62,897 bases of DNA, filler included, from 8 parts of 8 records of this genome joined end to end with filler, not necessarily neighbours in it, one strand, 5' to 3'; shown: positions 30,419 to 39,997, numbered from the whole stretch's first letter. The notes: generated from the letters alone by a model not told the origin. Translations and numbers: made by a program.

Positions 30419-31465
30419 ATGAAAAAGATTCTTTTAACATTTTTATCCCTTGCAATTTTAACGGCTTGTAGTGATGATGATAGCCCACAACAGGAATTTG
30501 TACCTTCAGATTACCAAACTGGAATATTCATCACAAACGAAGGCCCTTTTAATAATGGAAGTGGAACAATTACCTTCGTTTCTGAAGATTATAGTACTGT
30601 AGAACAAAATATTTATCAAAATGTAAATGGAAACTCACTAGGAAACATTGTCCAGTCTATGGGCTTTGAAGACGAAAATGCTTATATCGTAGTTAACAAT
30701 TCATCAAAAATAATGGTGGCGAATCGATATACTTTTCAAAGTGTAGATTCAATTACTTCAGGTTTGGTAAATCCACGTTATTTTGTTGGTTCTTCAGGAA
30801 GTAAAGGATATGTGACAGATTGGGGTGATCCAAATGATAGCTCAGATGATTATGTAGCGGTATTAGATTTAAGAACCAATACAGTTTCTGCAACAATTCC
30901 AGTTGCTTTAGGGCCTGAGAAAATAGTTTCTTATGACAATAAAATATATGTTGCTCATCAAGGTGCTTATGGGCAGAATAATTTGATATCAATAATTTCT
31001 GGAACTAACGTTACAAGTACGATTACCGTGGGTGATGTTCCAAATTCAATGGTAGTTGCTGGTAATTCTCTTTACGTTCTTTGCGGAGGAAAACCAAGTT
31101 ATACAGGTACGGAGACAGCAGGGTCGTTAGTTAAAATTGACCTTACTACTGGGCAGGTTTCTCAAACATACACTTTTGACACAACGGAACATCCTGGAAG
31201 CCTAACAATGGATGGTACAAACTTATTATATAGCTTAGATGGAAAAGTGTATAAACTAGACACTGCAGCAATTACGTTACCTGGAACTGGGATTATTGAT
31301 GGTTATTTTTATACACTTCAAGCAAAAGACGGGAAACTATATGCTACAGATGCTGGAGACTTTACAAGTCAAGGTTCAATGTTTGTATATGATTTGACTA
31401 CGAATCAACAAATTCAAGATTTTCCAACAGGAATTACTCCAGGTGGAATCTATTTTAATGAATAG
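30419..31465 (+). CDS. btuG: YncE-type beta-propeller surface lipoprotein (BtuG-like)
   Basis: Lipobox LTAC followed by acidic SDDD, ITNEG.F, LGNIVQSM, IVVNNS.KI; immediately after btuB. Confidence 0.78.
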   Translation: MKKILLTFLSLAILTACSDDDSPQQEFVPSDYQTGIFITNEGPFNNGSGTITFVSEDYSTVEQNIYQNVNGNSLGNIVQSMGFEDENAYIVVNNSSKIMVANRYTFQSVDSITSGLVNPRYFVGSSGSKGYVTDWGDPNDSSDDYVAVLDLRTNTVSATIPVALGPEKIVSYDNKIYVAHQGAYGQNNLISIISGTNVTSTITVGDVPNSMVVAGNSLYVLCGGKPSYTGTETAGSLVKIDLTTGQVSQTYTFDTTEHPGSLTMDGTNLLYSLDGKVYKLDTAAITLPGTGIIDGYFYTLQAKDGKLYATDAGDFTSQGSMFVYDLTTNQQIQDFPTGITPGGIYFNE

Positions 31466-31479
31466 TAATAATTTATAAT

Positions 31480-31519
31480 AAAAAAAACCTCCGTGAATTT
31501 ATATTTACGGAGGTTTTTT
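31480..31519. terminator. Bidirectional terminator
   Basis: AAAAAACCTCCGTGAAT / ATTTACGGAGGTTTTTT between convergent genes. Confidence 0.85.
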
Positions 31520-31536
31520 AATTTATTCTATAGTAA

Positions 31537-32931
31537 CTAATTACCAATCATTTTCTCATTAATTGGAGAATCAACATTGCTGTCAGAAATTTCTTTTAAA
31601 ACTTTAAAATTTGAATTATTCGGCATTGGTTTTCCAGCAATTTCAAAAAGTGCAGCTGCAAGAAGCGGTTCGTTTTCATCACCCAGTTGCCCAAGGTTAA
31701 AATAATCTTCTTTTAAATTAATCTGAGGAAATAAACCATCCACAAAATCAGTGTTTCCAGCCACGTTAGCAGTTTTAAATACTAAAGGAAGCATTGCATA
31801 ATAGTGAGTTGGATTAGCTTCTTCTCTACTAAAAATTGGTGCTGGGGCATCATAAAGTAAAAACGATGCCTGAAATTTTCCAGTAGTTGTATCACCAACT
31901 TGTATGGTATTTATATATGGATTAAGCCCGTTTATAATTAATTCACTTGCAGAAGCAGTTCTTTTTGAGGTAAGCACATATACATTATTTAAATTAAGGC
32001 TGTTTATTGGCGCCCCTGTACTAATTGAAGCATCAAATAATCCATCACGTGCATTATCTGCTTGTCGGTCTTCATTCCAATATTCTTTATAGAAAACTTT
32101 TCCATTAAATTGACCTGTAATCATACTTGCCAAATCAGTTGCAGTTTCCACGGCTCCGCCACCATTATAGCGAAGATCTAAAACTAAATTGGTGGCACCT
32201 TCAGCTTTTAATTGTGCAAAAGCATCATTTAGCTCTTCGTCATAATCTTTAATAAAGGCATTGTACATTAAGTAGCCAATTTTTTCGCCGTTTATATCAA
32301 AAGTTTTTACTTTATAAACAGGGTTTTCGGTATACTGAGTTTTGTTTAAAAGTGCTGTTTCTCCTGTAGGAATAAAGTTAACACCATCATAAGTAGCAAA
32401 ACCAATGGTATAGCTATTTGCTTCTAATAAATCAATATAATTTGTACTTGTCAGCTGCTGTCCATCAATTGTGGTAAAGATATCCCCGCGTTTTAAACCT
32501 TGCGTTGCAGCATCGGTATTGGGTAGCACATAACGTACATAACCAAAAATATTATCACTTTTATCTGGATAGTAAACGAGTCCAAACGCCATTCCATTAC
32601 TTAGGCTAATACCGCTTAAGGCATCTTCAATAACCCTATAATCACTATATAAATTACTAAAACGATCTTGTGGCGACTTTAAATAATCAAATAAAGATTC
32701 GGGAGAATCATATTTTTTTAGAAACCCATCTAGTTCATCTTGACTTGAAAAGGCGTCGTTAGCAAGTTCAGGAGTATCAGCTTTATATAAGTAGTAATAG
32801 TTTAATCCGCGGTAAATAAAGTTTTGAATATCAATACTTGACGCTTGTTGTAAAGTATCGTCTAGATCTTCAAAACACGAAACAAAAAGCATTGAAATTG
32901 CTAAAAAAGGAATGAAAATTTTTCTTTTCAT
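31537..32931 (-). CDS. S41-family peptidase lipoprotein with PDZ-like domain
   Basis: Lipobox FVSC, IGYLMYN.F, LDLRYNGGG, TASASE, TTGK. Confidence 0.9.
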   Translation of the reverse strand: MKRKIFIPFLAISMLFVSCFEDLDDTLQQASSIDIQNFIYRGLNYYYLYKADTPELANDAFSSQDELDGFLKKYDSPESLFDYLKSPQDRFSNLYSDYRVIEDALSGISLSNGMAFGLVYYPDKSDNIFGYVRYVLPNTDAATQGLKRGDIFTTIDGQQLTSTNYIDLLEANSYTIGFATYDGVNFIPTGETALLNKTQYTENPVYKVKTFDINGEKIGYLMYNAFIKDYDEELNDAFAQLKAEGATNLVLDLRYNGGGAVETATDLASMITGQFNGKVFYKEYWNEDRQADNARDGLFDASISTGAPINSLNLNNVYVLTSKRTASASELIINGLNPYINTIQVGDTTTGKFQASFLLYDAPAPIFSREEANPTHYYAMLPLVFKTANVAGNTDFVDGLFPQINLKEDYFNLGQLGDENEPLLAAALFEIAGKPMPNNSNFKVLKEISDSNVDSPINEKMIGN

Positions 32932-33077
32932 AAAAGAGGTATATTAACGTATTTAATTAGAACAGGTAAATTAGGTATAATATTGCAGTTGTAAAAATAT
33001 GTTTTTCAGGCGAATTTAAAAGTATCTTACAAAGCCATACCTATTTCTAAAGTATTTTATTCGATTGAAAATATAAT

Positions 33078-33103
33078 TGTAACAAAAAATGACATCATTC
33101 GTC
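33078..33103 (+). promoter_or_regulatory. ECF-type promoter (probable autoregulation)
   Basis: TGTAAC-N16-CGTC ending 36 nt before the ECF sigma start. Confidence 0.65.
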
Positions 33104-33139
33104 ATTTAAATAAGACAGCATCTAAGGAAGCTAACCAAC

Positions 33140-33646
33140 ATGGACAAAACCGAATTTATAACGATAGTAATGCCTTTTAAGGACAAACTGTACCGTTTGG
33201 CTAAAAGAATACTAACGTCTCAAGATGAAGCCGAAGATGCCGTTCAGGAAGTTTTTTTGAAGTTATGGAAAGGAAAAAAGAATATAGAAAACTATAAAAA
33301 CCCTGAAGCATTTGCCATTACAATGACAAAAAACTATTGTTTAGATCGCTTGAAATCGAAACAAGCATCAAACTTAAAAATAGTTCATAGTAATTATCAA
33401 ACCTCTGAAAATATTGAAAAGGATATTGAAGCCAATGATGGGGTAGCAATAGTTTTTAAAATAATGGAAACATTGCCTGAACAACAAAAATTAGTACTTC
33501 AATTGCGTGACGTAGAGCAGTTTGAGTTTTCAGAAATAGCAAAAATGCTCGATAGTAATGAAACAGCAATAAGAGTGGCACTTTCCCGCGCCCGAAAAAC
33601 AGTACGGGATGAAATGATTAAAAAATACAATTATGGAATCAGTTAA
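33140..33646 (+). CDS. ECF sigma factor
   Basis: AEDAVQEVFLKLW (region 2), EIAKML..VALSRARK (region 4); 168 aa. Confidence 0.93.
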   Translation: MDKTEFITIVMPFKDKLYRLAKRILTSQDEAEDAVQEVFLKLWKGKKNIENYKNPEAFAITMTKNYCLDRLKSKQASNLKIVHSNYQTSENIEKDIEANDGVAIVFKIMETLPEQQKLVLQLRDVEQFEFSEIAKMLDSNETAIRVALSRARKTVRDEMIKKYNYGIS

Positions 33647-34070
33647 AATAGAAAAATTATTGGAAGCTTATTTTGAAGGCGACACAAGTCTTGCTGAAGA
33701 AAAAATATTGCGGAATTATTTCAACAATGAAAATGTAGCTGATCATTTAATTCAGTATAAAGCTCTATTTGTTGGTTTGCAAAACGCCAAAGAAGAACGC
33801 TTAAGTAAAGAAATAAATTTGCCTGAAAGTAAATCTAAGTTACCCACAAAATGGTGGTATTCCGTTGCAGCAATGCTGGTGGTGGCTATTGGTTTGGGAA
33901 GTTTTTATTTTTCAGAACCGACATATTCACAAGAAGAAAAAGAAGCTTTGGCAGCCTTTGAAGAAAGTAAAAATGCAATGATGTTGCTTTCCGCAAATTT
34001 AAATAAAGGTGCAGAACAACTTACACTTATGGATCAATTTGAAATAACAAAAGATAAAATATTCGAATAA
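33633..34070 (+). CDS. Putative single-TM anti-sigma factor
   Basis: Overlaps the sigma gene; LLEAYFEGDTS.EE N-domain, WYSVAAML TM. Confidence 0.7.
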   Translation: MESVKIEKLLEAYFEGDTSLAEEKILRNYFNNENVADHLIQYKALFVGLQNAKEERLSKEINLPESKSKLPTKWWYSVAAMLVVAIGLGSFYFSEPTYSQEEKEALAAFEESKNAMMLLSANLNKGAEQLTLMDQFEITKDKIFE

Positions 34071-34118
34071 TTTTTAAACAAACTCTAATTAATAACAGTT
34101 AAAAATAACAATCAAACA

Positions 34119-34658
34119 ATGAAAAAAATAGCAATTTTAATAGCACTGGCAGTAGCGCCAATGATTTCATGGTCTCAAAACGCTTTTGACTCTTTTGAAA
34201 ACGAAAAAGATGTAACTTCAGTAGTAGTTACAAAGAATATGTTTAAGCTTTTAAGCAAAATGGATTTAAACTCTTCTGATCCTGAAGCACAGGCATATCT
34301 TAAAATGGTAAACGAACTAGATAACATCAAAATCTTTACAACAGATAACCCTGGAGTTTCAAAAAAAATGGATGAAGCTGTAGCTAAATATATTTCTGGG
34401 TCTAAAAACTTAGGAGAATTAATGCGTGTAAAAGAAGATGGTAAAAACATAAAATTTTATAGCAAGGAAGGAAAAAGTGAAAACTTTGTGAGTGAACTTT
34501 TAATGCACCTTGAAGGTATGGTTGAAGGTAAGCAAACCACCGTTATTATGAGTGTTACTGGTAATATAGATTTAAAACAGATTTCAAAACTTACGGCAGA
34601 TTTAAAAGTTCCTGGTAGCGAAGAGCTAAAAAATATTGATAAAAAGAAAAATAAGTAA
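34119..34658 (+). CDS. DUF4252-family exported protein
   Basis: Signal peptide, VTSVVVTKNMF, ELMRVKE, TGNIDL. Confidence 0.75.
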   Translation: MKKIAILIALAVAPMISWSQNAFDSFENEKDVTSVVVTKNMFKLLSKMDLNSSDPEAQAYLKMVNELDNIKIFTTDNPGVSKKMDEAVAKYISGSKNLGELMRVKEDGKNIKFYSKEGKSENFVSELLMHLEGMVEGKQTTVIMSVTGNIDLKQISKLTADLKVPGSEELKNIDKKKNK

Positions 34659-34659
34659 T

Positions 34660-35196
34660 ATGGTATTGGCAAAATATATTTTAGCATTAACACTCGGAAT
34701 GGTTGCCTTGACCTCTTGTAGCGACAGATCCTTACAGAAATATTTAGTTGAAAAACAAGATGATGATAAGTTTGTGAAAATGGATATTGCAACAAGTTTA
34801 TTGCAAGGCGCAAATAGTGATTTTTCTGAAGAAGAAAAAGAAGTTTTAAAAACCATCAAGAAGGTAAACGTAGTTGCATACCCATTAAAAGGTGATACCG
34901 CAGATTACGAGAAAGAAAGACAGGATTTAAAGTTAATTTTAGATCAGGATCAATACAAAGAATTAACCCGAACAAAGAGTAACGACTGGAATGCTACTTT
35001 AAAATACACTGGTGATGAAGATGCAATTAACGAGATTATTGTGTTTGCAAGTAGTGATAAACACGGATTTGCAGTTTTTAGGCTGTTAGGTGAAAACATG
35101 CAGCTTGACCAAATGCTTAAACTTATGAATTCTGCTGAACGTGGTGATTTAGACTTCTCTCAATTAGAAGGTTTGGGTGAAATATTTAAGATTTAA
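34660..35196 (+). CDS. DUF4252-family lipoprotein
   Basis: Lipobox LTSC, SLQKYLVE, GFAVFRLLG. Confidence 0.7.
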   Translation: MVLAKYILALTLGMVALTSCSDRSLQKYLVEKQDDDKFVKMDIATSLLQGANSDFSEEEKEVLKTIKKVNVVAYPLKGDTADYEKERQDLKLILDQDQYKELTRTKSNDWNATLKYTGDEDAINEIIVFASSDKHGFAVFRLLGENMQLDQMLKLMNSAERGDLDFSQLEGLGEIFKI

Positions 35197-35214
35197 ACAC
35201 AGTTTTTTTTAGTT

Positions 35215-35260
35215 AAAAAAAGGCTTCATTCTATTGCTAGATGAAGCCTTTTTGTTTTTT
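35215..35260. terminator. Bidirectional terminator
   Basis: AAAAAGGCTTCAT / ATGAAGCCTTTTT. Confidence 0.85.
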
Positions 35261-35276
35261 GAAATACGATTTCTAT

Positions 35277-36620
35277 TTAAATTCCAGTATAATTTCCAGG
35301 AGTAATATTTCGCATTTCTTGTTTTACGCTTTCAGGTATTTCTAAAGTTTCAATAAAATTTGCAATTGAAGTTTTATTTATCCTTTCGTTGGTGCGCGTT
35401 AAACCTTTTAATGCTTCGTATGGATTTGGATACCCTTCACGACGAAGAATGGTCTGAATTGCTTCCGCAACAACAGCCCAATTATTTTCAAGATCTTCTG
35501 CAAATTTCGATTCATTCAGCAATAACTTATTCAATCCTTTTAAGGTAGAGTGAAAAGCGATAAGTGTATGCCCAATTGGCACACCAATGTTTCGTAATAC
35601 CGTACTATCAGTTAAATCGCGTTGTAGTCTACTAATAGGAAGTTTTGCTGAAAGGTGCTCAAAAATAGCATTTGCGATACCTAAATTTCCTTCACTATTT
35701 TCAAAATCTATTGGGTTTACTTTGTGAGGCATTGCGCTAGAACCAACTTCCCCAGCTTTGATTTTTTGCTTGAAATAATCCATTGAAACATATGTCCAGA
35801 TATCTCTATCCAAATCAATTATGATGGTGTTAATTCTTTTTAAGCAATCAAAAAGCGCGGCCATATGGTCGTAATGTTCAATTTGTGTGGTTGGGAAGGA
35901 GTGGTGTAATCCCAAAGTGTTTTGAACAAATTGTTTTCCAAATGCTCGCCAATCTACAGTTGGGTATGCAACCTTATGTGCGTTAAAATTTCCTGTTGCA
36001 CCACCAAATTTTGCAGCACTTTTTATATCGTTCATTAAATCGAATTGCTCTTCAATACGAACAACAAAAACCTCGATTTCTTTACCCAAACGTGTTGGAG
36101 AAGCAGGCTGGCCGTGTGTTCTAGCAAGCATAGAAACTGCTGCCCAATCTTCAGAAAGGTTTTTTAATTTATTTTTAACTTCCAATAAAAGAGGCACATA
36201 CACATTGTTAATAGCATCCTTTAGTGAAAGCGGAATAGCAGTGTTATTAATATCTTGAGAAGTTAATCCGAAGTGAATAAACTCTTTGTATTTCTGAAGG
36301 TTTAAATCATCAAAGCGTTCTTTAATAAAATATTCAACCGCTTTTACATCATGGTTGGTAATCTTTTCAGTCTCTTTGATTTTATATGCATCTTCAACTG
36401 AAAAATCAAGATAGATAGAACGTAATTTTGAAAAAATAGTTCTGTCAAAATCACTTAACTGCGGAAGATCTAGTTCTACCAAAGCTATAAAATATTCAAT
36501 TTCTACCTGCACACGATAACGAATCAGTGCTTCTTCAGAAAAATACGGAATCAGACTTGCAGTTTTTCCTGCATAACGGCCGTCAATAGGCGAAATTGCT
36601 TGTAAAGCGTTGGTGTTCAT
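35277..36620 (-). CDS. purB: Adenylosuccinate lyase
   Basis: SPIDGRY, TNHDVKAVEY, ARTHGQPA, GSSAMPHKVNPIDFEN. Confidence 0.97.
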   Translation of the reverse strand: MNTNALQAISPIDGRYAGKTASLIPYFSEEALIRYRVQVEIEYFIALVELDLPQLSDFDRTIFSKLRSIYLDFSVEDAYKIKETEKITNHDVKAVEYFIKERFDDLNLQKYKEFIHFGLTSQDINNTAIPLSLKDAINNVYVPLLLEVKNKLKNLSEDWAAVSMLARTHGQPASPTRLGKEIEVFVVRIEEQFDLMNDIKSAAKFGGATGNFNAHKVAYPTVDWRAFGKQFVQNTLGLHHSFPTTQIEHYDHMAALFDCLKRINTIIIDLDRDIWTYVSMDYFKQKIKAGEVGSSAMPHKVNPIDFENSEGNLGIANAIFEHLSAKLPISRLQRDLTDSTVLRNIGVPIGHTLIAFHSTLKGLNKLLLNESKFAEDLENNWAVVAEAIQTILRREGYPNPYEALKGLTRTNERINKTSIANFIETLEIPESVKQEMRNITPGNYTGI

Positions 36621-36732
36621 GGGTTCAAAATTTAAAAGTGCAAAGATACATAACTCTGTCGAGTTATACCGAAATAGGTTTGTTTTATAAATAATAAAAC
36701 ATTTTTTATCTTCTTATAATTATGGAAATAAT

Positions 36733-38640
36733 TTATAACGCTTCGTCAATAATAGTTTGAACAACTTCTGGATTTAAAAGTGTAGAGATATCACCAAGAT
36801 TATTGGTGTCTTTCTCTGCAATTTTTCTGAGGATGCGACGCATTATTTTTCCACTTCGAGTTTTAGGAAGCCCTTCAGTAAATTGAATTTTATCAAGTTT
36901 AGCAATTGGTCCAATATGCTCTGTAATTATCTGATTAATTTCTTTCCGTAGATTATCATGCAAACGACTTTCTCCAGTTTCTTTAAGAATCACAAAACCG
37001 TACAGTGCATTACCTTTTACATCGTGTGGAAAACCTACAATTGCGCTTTCTGCCACCGCTGGGTGTTCATTGATAGCATCTTCAATTGGAGCCGTTCCCA
37101 AATTATGCCCAGATACAATAATAACATCGTCCACACGGCCCGTAATTCTATAATAACCTGTACTATCGCGTAATGCACCATCACCAGAAAAATAGTTGTT
37201 TTTAAAAGTTGAAAAATATGTTTCCTTATACCGTTGATGGTTCCCCCAGATAGTACGCGCCATTCCTGGCCACGGAAATTTTATACACAAACGACCGTTT
37301 ACTAGATTACCAATTAATTCTTCGCCGTTTTCGTCCATGAGCGCAGGTTGAATACCCGGTAAAGGGAGTGTTGCATAGGTAGGAATTGTAGGCGTAGAGT
37401 AGGGTATAGGCGAAATCATAATACCTCCTGTTTCAGTTTGCCACCATGTATCTACAATTGGGCAGTTTTTCTTCCCAATATTTTCGTCATACCAATGCCA
37501 AGCTTCTTCATTTATGGGCTCGCCTACAGTTCCTAAAATTTTTAATGAAGAAAGATCATAATTCTCAGAGAAATCCAAACGTTCCTTTGCCAACGCTCGA
37601 ATTGCAGTAGGTGCTGTATAAAATTGGGTTACTTTATGCTTTTCAACAACTTCCCAAAAACGTCCGAAATCTGGATATGATGGAACACCTTCAAAAAGCA
37701 CTGTTGTAGCTCCATTTGCTAATGGGCCGTATACTATATAACTGTGTCCTGTTATCCAGCCAATATCTGCCGTACACCAATACACATCATTTTCGCGGTA
37801 TTGAAACACATTTTTAAAAGTATAGGATGTATATACCATATATCCAGCCGTTGTATGCACCATTCCTTTTGGTTTTCCTGTAGAGCCAGAAGTGTATAAT
37901 ATAAATAGTGGGTCTTCAGCATCCATAATTTCTGGGGAGCAATCGGCACTAGCCGCGTCTAGTAAAGGTTGCAGCCATTTATCTCGATTTTCCTTCATGG
38001 GAATATCAGTGTGTATGCGCTTTGCAACTAAAACGGTTTCTATATTCGGACAAGATTCTAAGGCTTCATCAACTATAGCTTTTAAATTTATTGTTTTATT
38101 TCCGCGGAAAGAACCGTCACTGGTAATTACCATTTTGCAGTTAGAATCGATAATTCTAGTAGAAAGTGCGGTTGCAGAAAACCCAGCAAACACAACAGAA
38201 TGGATTGCTCCAATACGTGCGCAAGCTAATAATGAAACGGCCAATTCTGGAATCATCGGTAAGTATATACAAACACGATCTCCTTTTTTTATACCGTTTT
38301 CTATAAGCACGTTAGCAAATTTACATACGCGTTCATGAAGTTGCTTATAGGTTATATGTTCAGCTTTCTCTGAAGGGTCATTTGGTTCAAAAATAATGGC
38401 AGTTTTATCGCCACGTGTATATAAATGTCTGTCTAAACAGTTTTCGGTAATATTAAGTTTCGCCCCCTTAAACCATGAAATCTCTGGTTTGGATAAGTCG
38501 TATTCTAAGACTTTATCCCATTGTTTTTGCCACATAAAATTTTCTTCCGCAATTTCTCCCCAAAAGGTCTCGGGATCACGGACTGATTTTCTATACACTT
38601 GAAAATATTCTTCTAAATTTTTAATGTGGTAATTACTCAT
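36733..38640 (-). CDS. acs: Acetyl-CoA synthetase
   Basis: YTSGSTGKPKG, GEPINEEAW, DTWWQTETG, PKTRSGKIMRR. Confidence 0.97.
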   Translation of the reverse strand: MSNYHIKNLEEYFQVYRKSVRDPETFWGEIAEENFMWQKQWDKVLEYDLSKPEISWFKGAKLNITENCLDRHLYTRGDKTAIIFEPNDPSEKAEHITYKQLHERVCKFANVLIENGIKKGDRVCIYLPMIPELAVSLLACARIGAIHSVVFAGFSATALSTRIIDSNCKMVITSDGSFRGNKTINLKAIVDEALESCPNIETVLVAKRIHTDIPMKENRDKWLQPLLDAASADCSPEIMDAEDPLFILYTSGSTGKPKGMVHTTAGYMVYTSYTFKNVFQYRENDVYWCTADIGWITGHSYIVYGPLANGATTVLFEGVPSYPDFGRFWEVVEKHKVTQFYTAPTAIRALAKERLDFSENYDLSSLKILGTVGEPINEEAWHWYDENIGKKNCPIVDTWWQTETGGIMISPIPYSTPTIPTYATLPLPGIQPALMDENGEELIGNLVNGRLCIKFPWPGMARTIWGNHQRYKETYFSTFKNNYFSGDGALRDSTGYYRITGRVDDVIIVSGHNLGTAPIEDAINEHPAVAESAIVGFPHDVKGNALYGFVILKETGESRLHDNLRKEINQIITEHIGPIAKLDKIQFTEGLPKTRSGKIMRRILRKIAEKDTNNLGDISTLLNPEVVQTIIDEAL

Positions 38641-38702
38641 TTTTGATGTTTTTTAAAGGATACGTTTGGTAAAATTTGTTTCAATCAGAAATATATTTAA
38701 TT

Positions 38703-38734
38703 ATGAGGACTATTGAAACAAAATGAGGACTATT
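38703..38734. promoter_or_regulatory. Perfect 12-bp direct repeat, probable transcription-factor operator
   Basis: ATGAGGACTATT at 38703-38714 and 38723-38734 (20-bp period), 63-94 nt upstream of the acs start. Confidence 0.6.
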
Positions 38735-38820
38735 TTGATAAAAACTTTAACAGTTTTAATTATTAAAATAAATATCTCAAAGTTTTCCCAAATCATAATT
38801 CAAGCTCAAAAAAAATATCA

Positions 38821-38828
38821 TAGATTTG
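38821..38828 (+). promoter_or_regulatory. Bacteroidota -7 promoter element
   Basis: TAGATTTG (TAnnTTTG) 10 nt before ATG 38839. Confidence 0.7.
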
Positions 38829-38838
38829 CATCATAATT

Positions 38839-38898
38839 ATGAAAAAATTTCGCTCATATACTATTTGTAAGAAGCACAGAGAAATCTCTGGGATGTAA
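38839..38898 (+). CDS. Putative leader peptide 1 (19 aa, MKKFRSYTICKKHREISGM)
   Basis: ATG just after the promoter, in A/T-rich context; followed by a terminator. Confidence 0.6.
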   Translation: MKKFRSYTICKKHREISGM

Positions 38899-38919
38899 GG
38901 CGATTATATATATAATAAT

Positions 38920-38953
38920 AAAAGCGTTTCTCCCCAAAGAGAAACGCTTTTTT
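38920..38953 (+). terminator. Attenuator-type intrinsic terminator 1
   Basis: AAAAGCGTTTCTC-cccaaa-GAGAAACGCTTTT followed by TT. Confidence 0.85.
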
Positions 38954-38973
38954 AGTATAATAAATTAACTGAT

Positions 38974-39060
38974 ATGGAAAAAATGACACATATTAATATT
39001 TTAAAACATTCAATGCGTAAGTGTTCGAGTGCGTATATACCTATACATCAAAGTGAATAA
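38974..39060 (+). CDS. Putative leader peptide 2 (28 aa, MEKMTHINILKHSMRKCSSAYIPIHQSE)
   Basis: ATG in A/T-rich context 20 nt after terminator 1; followed by a second terminator. Confidence 0.55.
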   Translation: MEKMTHINILKHSMRKCSSAYIPIHQSE

Positions 39061-39080
39061 AAAAACAAAATAACAGTTTT

Positions 39081-39123
39081 AAAGTCCCTTTGATAATTCT
39101 AAAAATCAAAGGGATTTTTTTTT
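39081..39123 (+). terminator. Attenuator-type intrinsic terminator 2
   Basis: TCCCTTTGAT-N10-ATCAAAGGGA followed by T9, ending 13 nt before the yitT ATG. Confidence 0.85.
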
Positions 39124-39136
39124 AAATGAAATTAAA

Positions 39137-39997
39137 ATGAAAAACGTTTTCACAATTAAACTGGAAAAGCAATTAGTGCTTAACGAATTAAAAAGCTACA
39201 CTCATGTGTTTTTGGGGTCTCTTTTACTTTCTATAGCATATTCTCTGTTAATAATACCACACAATATTGTTCCTGGTGGAATTTTAGGACTGAGTATTGT
39301 TATTAAAGAGCTTACAGGGTTTTCTGTAGGTTGGATTGCGTTGTTTGTTAATATTCCATTATTGCTTTGGGGTACCAAAGTTTTAGGTGCTAAAACAGGT
39401 GTTAAAACTTTGTTTTCAATGGTTTTAGTTTCTTTCTATATTGATCTTATTTCATCTATTACTGGAGGAAAAATATTTATAGACGACGTTTTAATGTCTT
39501 CCGTCTTTGGTGGGGTAATTATAGGGGTTGCAGTTGCATTTGTTATGAATGCAGGAGCAACAACGGGCGGAAATGACATCTTGGTGCGAATTCTTTCTAC
39601 AAAATTAAAATTGCCTTACAATCAATTAATTTTAATTGTAGATGGTATTGTTATTATATTAGGCACAATTGTCTTTGCAGATTTTACAATGGCTGCTTAT
39701 AGTATTGTTGCAATCGTTGCAATCAGTAAAACTATTGAATATTTTATGAAGAAATCTGTCCAAAATAAAACCATCTTAGTGTTTTCAGATAAAAATATTT
39801 TGATTCAGGAAGAAATTCTCTTGAATAAAAAAAGTACTGAAGGAATATTAAAATTAATCCATCACGACAGTAATGAAAAAATGATATTAGTAACTCGAAG
39901 CACTAAAAAGTTGGATGTGGTAAAAGATATTATTTATAAAATAGACCCACGGGCAACTATTACTGTTTTGGAATCTAATAATTCCGCCACCCTTTAA
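39137..39997 (+). CDS. YitT-family membrane protein
   Basis: IVPGGILGL, VNIPLL, FGGVIIG.....GATTGG.D, C-terminal IDP. Confidence 0.88.
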   Translation: MKNVFTIKLEKQLVLNELKSYTHVFLGSLLLSIAYSLLIIPHNIVPGGILGLSIVIKELTGFSVGWIALFVNIPLLLWGTKVLGAKTGVKTLFSMVLVSFYIDLISSITGGKIFIDDVLMSSVFGGVIIGVAVAFVMNAGATTGGNDILVRILSTKLKLPYNQLILIVDGIVIILGTIVFADFTMAAYSIVAIVAISKTIEYFMKKSVQNKTILVFSDKNILIQEEILLNKKSTEGILKLIHHDSNEKMILVTRSTKKLDVVKDIIYKIDPRATITVLESNNSATL

